A stretch of DNA of 64,000 nucleotides, from assembly GCA_963744995.1 (NCBI GenBank), contig CAVUWA010000009.1:192001-256000 (forward strand), written 5' to 3'. Below are positions 1-10,271 of this stretch, piece after piece (within the stretch, counting starts at the first letter, position 1; each line of letters opens with the position of its first letter). Origin of the DNA: Candidatus Eiseniibacteriota bacterium. Lineage in GTDB: Bacteria; Eisenbacteria; RBG-16-71-46. The position numbers were made by a program, and so were the translations under genes. Under the pieces are notes generated by a model. That model was not told the origin of the DNA. It was given only the letters and a program-made list of their open reading frames with translations, and did not search any database.

Positions 1-3
1 ATC

Positions 4-1310
<1,307 letters not shown>

Positions 1311-1311
<1 letters not shown>

Positions 1312-2606
1312 TGGCCACCTGGGCCTCGCACGATCCCTCGAACAAGTCGGTGGCGGGCCGCAGTGCCTACCTGCTGCTCCACAACACGTCGGAGGTGGTG
1401 ACTCCGGACCCCGAGGGCCGCAGGATCCTGCGCTTCCCGCGCGGGGCGATCGTATTCCGCGAGGGCCGCGTCGTGGAGATCGGCCACGTGGCCGAGCTGA
1501 CCGCACGCCATCCGGACGCGCGCCCGCTCAACGCCAACGGCCGCCTGGTGACCCCCGGTCTGGTCGACTGCCACACGCACATGGTCTTCGCCGGACAGCG
1601 CGCTCTCGAGTTCCAGAGGAAGCTCGCCGGCGAGCCCTACGCGGCGATCGCGGCCGGCGGCGGCGGAATCCGCGCCACGGTGGAGGCCACCACCGCCGCA
1701 TCGCCCGACGTGCTGGAGAAGACGCTGGCCGCACGGATCGAGCGCTGGCGGGCGAACGGCTGTACCACGGTGGAGGTGAAGTCCGGCTACGGGCTCACGC
1801 CGGATGCCGAAGTCCAGCTGCTGGCGATCATGCGCGGCGCGGTGCTGCGCGTGCCGGTGCATGTCCATCGCACCGCGCTGGTGCTGCATGCGCTGCCCGA
1901 GGCCTATGCCGACCGTCGCGCCGAGTACGTGACCGAGGTGTGCGAGCGGCTGCTGCCGCTGATCCAGCTCCGCGAGCTGGCCACGGCGGTGGACGTCTTC
2001 TGTGACCCGGTCGCCTTCACGGTCGAGGAGTGCCGGACGGTGCTCGAGCGTGCGCGCTCGCTGGGCTTCGGGCTCAAGGTGCACGCCGAGCAGATGGAGC
2101 GCTTCGGCGGCGCGCGGCTCGCGGCGGACCTCGGCGCGCTGTCGGCGGACCATCTCGAGAGCGCGAGCGCCGAGGACTGGCGCGCGCTCGCCGCGGCGGG
2201 CACGGTGGGAGTCCTGCTGCCGGCCGCGGCGCTGACGCTCGGGCAACCGCTGCCACGCGCGGCGGCGCTGCGCGAGAGCGGTGCGCGCTTCGCGATCGCC
2301 ACCGACTTCAACCCGGGCACCGCTCCCGCGCAGTCGCTGCTCGAGTGCGGCGCGCTGGCCGCGCGGCTGTGCGGGTTCAGCGCCGAGGAGATCCTGCTGG
2401 CGCTCACCTGGAACGCGGCGAAGGCGCTGGGCGTCGAGGCCGAGGTCGGACATCTGAACCCGGGCGCGTGGGGCGACGCGGTGGCCTGGGAATGCGAAAC
2501 GCTGGAAGAGCTGCCGTACTGGATGCCGTCCGTACGCCCCGACGTGGTGTTCATGCGCGGCGCGGATCTCGCGCTGCCCACCGTCGAACGCCGCGTGTGG
2601 CCGTGA
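1311..2606 (+). CDS. hutI: Imidazolonepropionase
   Basis: ATG overlaps the hutU stop. Motifs PGLVDCHTH, EVKSGYGL, HAEQ, ADHLE and ATDFNPGT. Confidence 0.95.
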
Positions 2607-2658
2607 ACGCCATGCGGCGCGGATGCGGCCGCCGAACCTCTCATCCCGGAAAGTGACC

Positions 2659-4191
2659 ATGCCCCGACTCGTCGAGTGCGTACCGAACGTCTCCGAAGGC
2701 CGCCGCCGCGAGGTGGTGGACGAACTGATCCAGGTCGTGAGCGGCGTCGCCGGCGTGACGATGCTCGACAGCGAGATGGACGCCGACCACCACCGCTCGG
2801 TGATCACGTTCGCCGGCGAGCCGGAACCGGTGATGGAGGCCGCGTTCCGCCTCGTCGAGCGTGCCGCACGCTTGATCGATCTCACGCAGCACCAGGGTGA
2901 ACACCCGCGCATGGGCGCGACCGACGTCGTCCCGTTCGTGCCGGTCGAGGGGGTGACGCTCGACGACTGCGCGGCGATGGCCCGTCAGGTGGCCGAGCGC
3001 ATCGGCAGCGAGCTCGCGATCCCGACCTACCTCTACGAGGCGGCGGCGAGCCGTCCCGACCGGGTGAGCCTGGCCGACGTGCGCCGCGGCCAGTTCGAGG
3101 GCCTGCGCGACGCCATCGGCACGGACCCGGAACGCGTCCCGGATTTCGGTCCGGCGCAGATCCATCCCACGGCCGGTGCGACCGCCGTGGGCGCACGCCG
3201 GTTCCTGGTCGCGTTCAACGCCAACCTCAACACGGCCGACGTGCGGGTCGCGAAGGCGGTCGCCTCCGCGATCCGCGAACGAACGGGCGGCCTGCGGAAC
3301 GTGCGCGCGCTGGGCTTTTCGATCGAGGGCGGCCGCCGCGCGCAGGTGAGCATGAATCTGGTGGACGTGCAGGCGACGCCGATCCATCGCGTGCTCGCGC
3401 TGGTGCGCGACGAGGCCGCGCGGCGCGGCGCCGCGATCTCGGGCTGCGAGGTCGTGGGCCTGATCCCCGAGTTCGCCATGCTGGACGCCGCCGAGCACGC
3501 GCTGCAGCTCGAAGGCTTCCGCCGCGATCAGGTGCTGGAACTCAGGCTGCGCACGCCGCCCCTCTCCGAGGCCGTGCCGATTGCGACGTTTTTCGATCAG
3601 GTGGCGGCCGCCACGCCGACACCGGGCGGCGGCACCGTGGCCGCGTTCGCCGCGGCGCTGGCCACGACGCTCGCGACCATGGTGGCGAACCTGACCATCG
3701 GCAGGAAGAAGTACGCCGACCGGGAGGCCGAAATGGGCGAGATGAAACGCGCCGCGGGCCGGCTGCGCGTCACCCTGCTCTCGCTGGCACGGCGTGACAG
3801 CGAGGCGTTCGACGCCGTGCTCGAGGCGCGCCGGATGCCCCGGTCGACCGAGGCCGAGATCGAGGCCCGCGCCCGGGCGCTGGCCGCGGCCGAGCTGCAG
3901 GCGACCCGGGTCCCGCTCGAGACGGCCGCCGCCTGCCTCGAGGTGCTGGGCCTCGCCGCGACCGCGGCCGAGCGCGGAAACATCAACGCGGCAACGGATT
4001 CCGGCGTGGCGGGCCTCATCGCCGGGGCCGCCGCCGAAGGCGCCCTGCTCAACGTGGAAATCAATCTGAAGTCCCTGCCCGAGGGCGCCGATAAACAGCA
4101 GGTGATTACAGACCTGCGGCGCCTCCGGGCCGAGCTCGAGCCTGTGTCTCGACGCTGCGCGGAGACGGTGCGGGCCGTCATCAACGCTTGA
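2659..4191 (+). CDS. ftcD: Bifunctional glutamate formimidoyltransferase / formiminotetrahydrofolate cyclodeaminase
   Basis: N-terminal LVECVPNVSEG and HPRMGATDVVPFVP. C-terminal cyclodeaminase domain with PTPGGG and NVEINL. Confidence 0.93.
   Translation: MPRLVECVPNVSEGRRREVVDELIQVVSGVAGVTMLDSEMDADHHRSVITFAGEPEPVMEAAFRLVERAARLIDLTQHQGEHPRMGATDVVPFVPVEGVTLDDCAAMARQVAERIGSELAIPTYLYEAAASRPDRVSLADVRRGQFEGLRDAIGTDPERVPDFGPAQIHPTAGATAVGARRFLVAFNANLNTADVRVAKAVASAIRERTGGLRNVRALGFSIEGGRRAQVSMNLVDVQATPIHRVLALVRDEAARRGAAISGCEVVGLIPEFAMLDAAEHALQLEGFRRDQVLELRLRTPPLSEAVPIATFFDQVAAATPTPGGGTVAAFAAALATTLATMVANLTIGRKKYADREAEMGEMKRAAGRLRVTLLSLARRDSEAFDAVLEARRMPRSTEAEIEARARALAAAELQATRVPLETAAACLEVLGLAATAAERGNINAATDSGVAGLIAGAAAEGALLNVEINLKSLPEGADKQQVITDLRRLRAELEPVSRRCAETVRAVINA
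4067..4094 (+). promoter_or_regulatory. Putative sigma28 (FliA/WhiG)-type promoter inside the ftcD 3' end
   Basis: TGAAG-N15-GCCGATAA about 150 bp upstream of the TPR gene. The -10 element matches the GCCGATAA consensus exactly. Confidence 0.5.
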
Positions 4192-4244
4192 CAGGGAATG
4201 CCTGAGGCCGGGCGCGTGCCCGTAACGCCCCGCGGAGAGAGCCC

Positions 4245-6335
4245 TTGGATAAGGCAGTCGAGATCAAGCGGCGGGCACAGCGTTGCGTTCAGAACGGAGA
4301 CCTGGACGGGGCGCTGAGCGAATACGAAAAGCTCGTCGCTGCGAATGACACCGACCCCTACAACTTCGTGCTCCTCGCGGATCTCCTGTTCAAGAAGGGA
4401 GATCAGGGAGGGGCCGCGGACCGCTATCTGAGCGCCGCGGCTGCCTACGAGACCGCCGGCCTCTACAAGAACGGCATCGCGGTCTGCAAGAAGATGATGC
4501 GGCTCTCGCTCGCGCCCGCCCGGGTGCTCCGGCAGCTCGCCGCGCTGCATGCCGCGGACGGTCTCGGCACCGAAGCCTCGCTCTACTACATGCAGTACGC
4601 CGAGCACCAGGTGCGCGGTGAACAGTATGGGGAAGCCGGCGATGCCCTGCGCAAGGCGTTCGACGCGTCTCCCGAGAACCTCAAGGCGCTCGAGCGGCTC
4701 GCGGAAGTGCTGCTGCTCGAGGACGACCGGCCCGAGGCGGCGCGCACGCTCGCCGAGGCGGCGCGGCACTACGCGAAGGGTGGCCAGCTGCAGGCGGCCG
4801 AGCAGTGCAAGCGTCGCGGACGCGAGCTCGACGAACAGGCCTTCGAGTCGGCCGGCAGCCAGCCCGGCACGGCGCCGGCCCACGGTGCAGGGGGCGCGCC
4901 GGAGCCCGGCATGCAGGACATCGACCGCATCGAGCGCGCCCGGCCGCCCGCGGCGATCGAGCGCGATGCCGATCTCGAGTCGGCGCCGCCGCGGCTGGAG
5001 GCCGGCCCTCCGTCCGCACCCGAGGCCGCAGCGGTCGCGGACGGGGCTGCGCCCATGGACGCCGGATCCACACCGGAAAACGACGCCGGAACCGCGCCGG
5101 AGGGCGACAGCGGCCCGACGGCGGAGGGCGACGCCGCCTCGACGCCGGAGGGCGAGGCCGGAAGCACGCCCGGGCACAGCACCGGATCCACGCCGGCCGG
5201 TACGGCCGACGGCGGTGTGCGCACGATCGAATCGGCGTGGAACGGGGAGCCCTCGACGGATCCGCCGGGCCTCCAGTTCGGAACTCCGGGCGCACGCCCT
5301 GCGCCGGCGCGCAGCGCGGAGCTGGTGCAGGTGGAGAAGCTGCTCGCCGAGGCCCAGGAGGCGTTCCGCGCCGGTGATCGCGAGCGGGCCGGGGAGACGC
5401 TGGCGCAGGCGGCGGAAACGTACGAGGCGGCCGGCCAGCTCGACCAGGCGGCGACGATCTGGCGCAGTCTCGCCAAGAGCGCCCAGGCGCCCGAGGGCGT
5501 GCTGGAACGCTGGCTCGCCAACTGCGAAAAACGCGACGATCGCTCGGAGGCCGCGCACGTGGCCTGCGAGCTCGGCGACCGTGCCCTGGCCGGCACGCGG
5601 GCCGAGGAAGCCCGCGGCTGGTTCGAGAAGGCGATCGGCTTCGAGGCGGACAACGCGCTCGCGGCGCGCCGCCTGCAGCGACTGGGCGGAGCGGCGCCGC
5701 AGGCGGCGTCCGAGGCGGCCGCGCCGGCGGGGCGCGCGCCGAAGGGGAAGGGGCGCGAGCGCCGGCTCGGACCGCCGGAGCCGCCCGGGCCGGAGCCGAA
5801 GGCCGACCCCGCGGCCGGCGCCGCGGAGGCGCCCGCCTCCGAGAACGGCGTGGAGACCGGTCGCGTGGAGCTCGCGGTGGGACGCGGCGAGGCCGTGACG
5901 TTCGACCTCGGCTCGCTGATCTCCGAGTTCCAGCGCGGCGTCGAGGCGCAGCTTTCCGGCGATGCGCAGAGTCACTACGATCTCGCCATGGCGTATCGTG
6001 AGATGGGCCTGCTCGAGCAGGCCGTGGAGTCGTTCCGCATCGCGCAGAAGGATGCCGCGTTCGCGGACCGCTGCGCCGAAATGGTCGGCCGCTGCCTGCT
6101 CGACCAGGGCCGGTTCGAGGATGCGGCCTCGGAGTTCCGCGCCGCGCTCGACAGCGGACGGCTGGACATGGAGACCGAAGTGAATCTGCGCTACCAGCTC
6201 GGGCTCGCTCACGAGGCGGCGGGTCGCGTGAGCGAAGCGCTGGGCGAGTTCGAGGGCGTTCACGCCGCGCAACCCAACTATCCGGACGTGGCGCTGAAGA
6301 TCCGGGTCCTGCGCAAATCGCTGGAGAGCATCTAG
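4245..6335 (+). CDS. Multi-cluster tetratricopeptide-repeat protein with low-complexity linkers
   Basis: TTG start preceded by GGAGAG. Three helical TPR-like blocks; C-terminal HYDLAMAYREMGLLEQAVESF. Confidence 0.85.
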   Translation: MDKAVEIKRRAQRCVQNGDLDGALSEYEKLVAANDTDPYNFVLLADLLFKKGDQGGAADRYLSAAAAYETAGLYKNGIAVCKKMMRLSLAPARVLRQLAALHAADGLGTEASLYYMQYAEHQVRGEQYGEAGDALRKAFDASPENLKALERLAEVLLLEDDRPEAARTLAEAARHYAKGGQLQAAEQCKRRGRELDEQAFESAGSQPGTAPAHGAGGAPEPGMQDIDRIERARPPAAIERDADLESAPPRLEAGPPSAPEAAAVADGAAPMDAGSTPENDAGTAPEGDSGPTAEGDAASTPEGEAGSTPGHSTGSTPAGTADGGVRTIESAWNGEPSTDPPGLQFGTPGARPAPARSAELVQVEKLLAEAQEAFRAGDRERAGETLAQAAETYEAAGQLDQAATIWRSLAKSAQAPEGVLERWLANCEKRDDRSEAAHVACELGDRALAGTRAEEARGWFEKAIGFEADNALAARRLQRLGGAAPQAASEAAAPAGRAPKGKGRERRLGPPEPPGPEPKADPAAGAAEAPASENGVETGRVELAVGRGEAVTFDLGSLISEFQRGVEAQLSGDAQSHYDLAMAYREMGLLEQAVESFRIAQKDAAFADRCAEMVGRCLLDQGRFEDAASEFRAALDSGRLDMETEVNLRYQLGLAHEAAGRVSEALGEFEGVHAAQPNYPDVALKIRVLRKSLESI
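5061..5204 (+). repeat. Degenerate 24-bp (octapeptide) tandem repeat in the TPR linker
   Basis: Encodes AGSTPEND AGTAPEGD SGPTAEGD AASTPEGE AGSTPGHS TGSTPAGT. Confidence 0.7.
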
Positions 6336-7177
6336 TGCCCGGGCGCGCGGCGCAGGACGGTGGCCGCGTCGATCTTCACGCCCACACGATCTTCAGCGAC
6401 GGCCAGCTCACCCCGGAAGCGCTGGTGGATCTCGCGATCGAGCGCGGCCTCGCCGCGATCGCGATCACCGATCACGACTCGACCGCAGGCATCGGTCCGG
6501 CGCGCGCTGCGGCACGTGGGCGCGTCGAGATCGTGCCCGGCATCGAGGTTTCGACCAGCACGGACCGCCTCGACCTGCACGTGCTCGGTTACTTCGTCGA
6601 TCCGGCGGACGCGCGGCTTGCGACACGGCTGAGGAAGTTCCGCCGCGAGCGGATCGAGCGGGTCCACGCCATCGCCCGGCGGCTCGCGGAGCTGGGCATC
6701 GCGATCGACGTGGACGAGGTGCTCGCCCTCGCCGGCCCCGGCGTGGTCGGGCGTCCGCACGTGGCCGCGGTGCTGCTGCGCGCGAAACGCGTGCGCACCG
6801 TGGACGAGGCCTTCAAAAAGTTTCTCGGCGCCCGCGCCGAGGCCTACGTGCCGCGGCCCGCGTTCCATCCGAACGAGGCGATCGCGATGATCGCCGAGGC
6901 CGGCGGCGTGAGCGTGCTCGCTCACCCGGGCGCATACGTGCCCGACGGTCTGGTACGGGAGCTCGTCCAGGCGGGCCTCGACGGGATCGAGGTGTGGCAC
7001 CCGCAGCACGGACCGGCCCTGGTCAGGCGCTACCATGCGCTGGCGACGCAGCTCGGCCTGATCGAGTCCGGCGGCTCCGACTTCCACGGTCCCGGACGCC
7101 ACACCGACCTCGGTGGCATGAAGGTGCCGGCGCTGGTGCTCAAACGGCTCAAGGACGCCGCCGGCGTTCCGAGCTGA
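6335..7177 (+). CDS. PHP-domain phosphoesterase (TrpH/YciV family)
   Basis: Motifs DLHAHT..SDG, AITDHD, GIEVS, LHVLGY, GRPHVA, LAHP and GGSDFHG. Confidence 0.92.
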   Translation: MPGRAAQDGGRVDLHAHTIFSDGQLTPEALVDLAIERGLAAIAITDHDSTAGIGPARAAARGRVEIVPGIEVSTSTDRLDLHVLGYFVDPADARLATRLRKFRRERIERVHAIARRLAELGIAIDVDEVLALAGPGVVGRPHVAAVLLRAKRVRTVDEAFKKFLGARAEAYVPRPAFHPNEAIAMIAEAGGVSVLAHPGAYVPDGLVRELVQAGLDGIEVWHPQHGPALVRRYHALATQLGLIESGGSDFHGPGRHTDLGGMKVPALVLKRLKDAAGVPS

Positions 7178-7358
7178 TCGCCGCCGCCCGCGACGGGCGG
7201 CGTGCCGGCCTCCGCCGGCCGGCGGGCCGATGCGCGTCACCCTCGCGTTTCCGCCGCCGGGCGCCCCGCGCTTGCGGTGCGCGAAGCGGTCGGGCTAGGC
7301 TCCGCGCGCGCCCCGACCAGAAGCCCTCCGGAGAATCCAGCGTATCGCCACCGATCGA

Positions 7359-7883
7359 CTGTCCACGCGCCGCCTGTCCTACGCCGCCCTGATGGTCGCG
7401 GCGGGACTCACCGGGGTGTATGCGGAGACCATCCCCAATTTCGAAGTCCTCACGCTGGTCGTGTTCTGCTCGGGCGTTCTGCTGGGGGCGCGCGACGGCG
7501 TCCTGGTGGGCGCGGTGACGATGCTGGTGTACTCGCTGCTGAATCCCTACGGCGCGGTGCATCCGCTGGTGACGCTGGCGCAGGTGCTCGGCGAGTCGGC
7601 GGCCGGCCTGGGCGGCGCGTGGTTCGCGGCCGCACGCGGTCCGGAACGCGGCGCCCCCGCCCGGGCACTGCTGCTGGCCATCGCGGCGCTCCTGCTCACG
7701 GTGTGGTTCGACGTCCTGACCAATCTCGCGACGGGCATCCTGTTCGGGCAGGTGCGCGTCACCCTGATCGGAGGCATTCCATTCGCTGCCTGGCACGTGG
7801 CATCGAACATCGGTCTGTTCGTGGTGCTCGGCACGCCGCTCTCGGGCGTGCTCTGGCACTACCGCTCGCGGCTCTCGTCCTGA
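7359..7883 (+). CDS. ECF transporter S component (solitary); start probably CTG 7359, first ATG 7392
   Basis: About six hydrophobic helices. IPNFEVLTLVVFCSGVLLG and the N-terminus STRRLSYAAL are typical of S components. Confidence 0.7.
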   Translation: MSTRRLSYAALMVAAGLTGVYAETIPNFEVLTLVVFCSGVLLGARDGVLVGAVTMLVYSLLNPYGAVHPLVTLAQVLGESAAGLGGAWFAAARGPERGAPARALLLAIAALLLTVWFDVLTNLATGILFGQVRVTLIGGIPFAAWHVASNIGLFVVLGTPLSGVLWHYRSRLSS

Positions 7884-9574
7884 GCTGGCCCGCGCCGCCC
7901 GCCGCGGCGCAGGCCTCGTCGGCGGGGCGCGACGCGATCGCCGCGTCCACCGATTTCGATCTGCCCGAGTGGTGGAGCGAGACCGGTCGCGCCGGCATGC
8001 GTTCGGACGCGGGCCCGATCACCGGCGCGCCGTGGGTGTGGGCCGGCCACGTGCGCGCCGCATGGCGGCTCGAGGAGCCGACCCGGGCGCCGGCCGCGCT
8101 GCCGTTCCCCGGCGTCCTGCTCGCGCCGACGCCGATCGCCTTCTACGACTCGGTGGCGGTCTCCGGCGGGCCTTCGGCGGGCGGCCTCGATGGCTCGCTC
8201 GCCCGCGCCCGGGGCGGGCCCGCGGCGCATCCGCGCCACGCGGCGCGGTCGGTGATCGCGCTGCGCAGCGGCTCGTTCGGCATCGACGAGAGCGCGCTCG
8301 GGTTCGAGCGCGGCGATTCGGCGCTGTGGGTGCGCGCCGAGACCTCCAACTCGAAGCGCGGCGGCATCGGCGGCTGGGACGGCGTCGCCCGCCACGTCTG
8401 GGGTCTGGGCGGGGGCTTCGCCCGCGGCGCACAGGCGGTGAGCGCGACCTTCGCGCAGCATGGTGGCGCTGCGCGTCTGGCCGGCGGCGAGCAGGAGTCG
8501 TCGTCGGGGGAAAGCGGTTCGCTGGCGTGGCGTGTCGAGGGCGCGCGGGCGGCCGGCGGCGTCACGCTAGCGCGCGGCCACGACTTCCACGAGAGCCTCG
8601 ACGAAGCGCTCGTCTACTCGCGCCGCGACGCGCAGGAGAACCGCGTGCGCCTCTGGAGCCGGGCGGGCGGCGGCGCCTCGGACTTCGCGGCATCGCTCGA
8701 ATACGGGGAAGCGCGCATCGACCGCAGCTACGACGGCGCGTCGTCGGCGGTCGGCCGCGCGCTGTGGGGCAGGGTCGCGTGGGCGCGGCCGGTGGGCGAG
8801 GGGCGACTGGCGCTGCATGTGGGTGCGGGCGCGCGACCGCATGCGGGCGGCGTGCACCTCGCGCCCGGTTTCGACTACGAGGTCGGCGGCGCGGGCGCCG
8901 GCGCGCGCGTGTTCTTCGAGCGCATCACCGAATCGGTGTGGGCCGATCTCGCACCGGGTCAGGCGCCGTTCCTACAGAGCACCTGGAGCGGCGGAGTGGC
9001 CGTGCACGGCGGCGGCGCGGACGGCGGGTCGGCGGGCGAGGCGGCGGTTCGCTTCGGGCAGACCGCTTCGCGTGCGCTCGGCTCGCGACGCCCGGTGGAC
9101 GACCTGTGGCTGCGCCGCGGTTTCAGGGCGGACAGCGGCCGCTACCACTTCGCTCTGCTCAGCGCCCGCGGGGCATGGAACCGCGGCCCGCTGGAGAGTG
9201 CCGCCGAAGGCTTCGCGCTGGTGCGCGACCTGACCCCGCGGCAGCCGCAGGTGGACCCGGCGCTCGGCTTTCGTGCCCGGCTCGGCACGCGCTTCCATGC
9301 GTTCACCGGTGACCTGGGGGTGCGCGTGCGCATGCTGGTCGAGGGCGTCGGGCCGCGCGAGAGCGAGGCGCCGCTCGGGCGACGGCTGCCCGGCTACGTG
9401 ACGCTCGGCGCCGGCGTCACCCTCACGCTCGCCGACGCCACCGCCTCGATCGAGCTGCTGAACCTCGAGGACGAGCGGCGCAGTCAGGTATGGATCGACT
9501 ACGCCACGGGCCGCGAGGCCCTGGGGCCCGGCCGCACCCTGCGTTTCCTGTTCACCTGGCGGTTGTTCAACTAG
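7853..9574 (+). CDS. Outer-membrane beta-barrel protein, TonB-dependent-receptor-like; start uncertain
   Basis: Signal-peptide-like LALPLAALVLSWPAPPAAAQA, plug-like PIAFYDSVAVSGGP, amphipathic strands, LPGYVTL..LLNLED, and aromatic C-terminus FLFTWRLFN. Confidence 0.6.
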   Translation: MALPLAALVLSWPAPPAAAQASSAGRDAIAASTDFDLPEWWSETGRAGMRSDAGPITGAPWVWAGHVRAAWRLEEPTRAPAALPFPGVLLAPTPIAFYDSVAVSGGPSAGGLDGSLARARGGPAAHPRHAARSVIALRSGSFGIDESALGFERGDSALWVRAETSNSKRGGIGGWDGVARHVWGLGGGFARGAQAVSATFAQHGGAARLAGGEQESSSGESGSLAWRVEGARAAGGVTLARGHDFHESLDEALVYSRRDAQENRVRLWSRAGGGASDFAASLEYGEARIDRSYDGASSAVGRALWGRVAWARPVGEGRLALHVGAGARPHAGGVHLAPGFDYEVGGAGAGARVFFERITESVWADLAPGQAPFLQSTWSGGVAVHGGGADGGSAGEAAVRFGQTASRALGSRRPVDDLWLRRGFRADSGRYHFALLSARGAWNRGPLESAAEGFALVRDLTPRQPQVDPALGFRARLGTRFHAFTGDLGVRVRMLVEGVGPRESEAPLGRRLPGYVTLGAGVTLTLADATASIELLNLEDERRSQVWIDYATGREALGPGRTLRFLFTWRLFN

Positions 9575-9612
9575 CCGGCCACACGACTTCCCGGCCCCCG
9601 CCGAGGTTCCAC

Positions 9613-9984
9613 GTGCGGAACGCGACCCGGGCCGAGCTGCGCGGCGCGCTGCTTGCGGCGCTCGCCGTGGCCGCCATCGGCGCGATGGCGCTGCGGCCCG
9701 GCGCCCTGACGCCCGCGCCGCGACCGGTGCCGGTTCCGGTCCCCGCCGCGGCGGGCGCCGGCGCGACCCGCATCGACCTCAATCGTGCCGACGCTCGCAC
9801 GCTCACCCGGCTGCCCGGCATCGGACCCGTGCTTGCAGAGCGCATCGTCCGGCACCGGGCGCGGCACGGCCCGTTCCGGAGCGCGGACGAACTCGCCGCG
9901 GTGCGTGGCATCGGTCCGCGCCTGATCGAACGGATCGGCGACCGTGTCACGACCCGGGGTCGCCCCGACAGTCTGTTGCGCTGA
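9613..9984 (+). CDS. comEA: ComEA-family helix-hairpin-helix DNA-binding protein
   Basis: N-terminal TM segment, then IDLNRAD..LPGIGPVLAERIV..GPFRS..VRGIGP. Confidence 0.88.
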   Translation: MRNATRAELRGALLAALAVAAIGAMALRPGALTPAPRPVPVPVPAAAGAGATRIDLNRADARTLTRLPGIGPVLAERIVRHRARHGPFRSADELAAVRGIGPRLIERIGDRVTTRGRPDSLLR

Positions 9985-10112
9985 AAGGGATTGCGGGCGC
10001 GGCTTCCGGCGGGTCACCGGGCCGCGCCGCGCCGCCGTGCGGGCCCGGACGGGTGGGGGCGTCCCGTCCCGGCGCCGCCCGGATACCGCTGCAGTCTGCA
10101 AGCAGATTCCCC

Positions 10113-10140
10113 TTCATTCGCGGCGGAGCGGTTCCGATAA
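10113..10140 (+). promoter_or_regulatory. Putative sigma28-type promoter upstream of pilB
   Basis: TTCAT-N15-TCCGATAA. Confidence 0.35.
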
Positions 10141-10271
10141 CGCGCATAACCCCTTCCGTCCACGTCGCCGGGAGCGTCGAACGGCATCCGCGGTCTGCAG
10201 GCTCAGCGGATGTCCCATCGCATGACATGTCCGGCCATCGGGCTTTCCCGATGCGCCTTCGAGGAATCCGC

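Noticed and set aside
7178..7358. Cobalamin riboswitch before the ECF S gene
   Set aside because: No recognisable B12-box or conserved riboswitch core.
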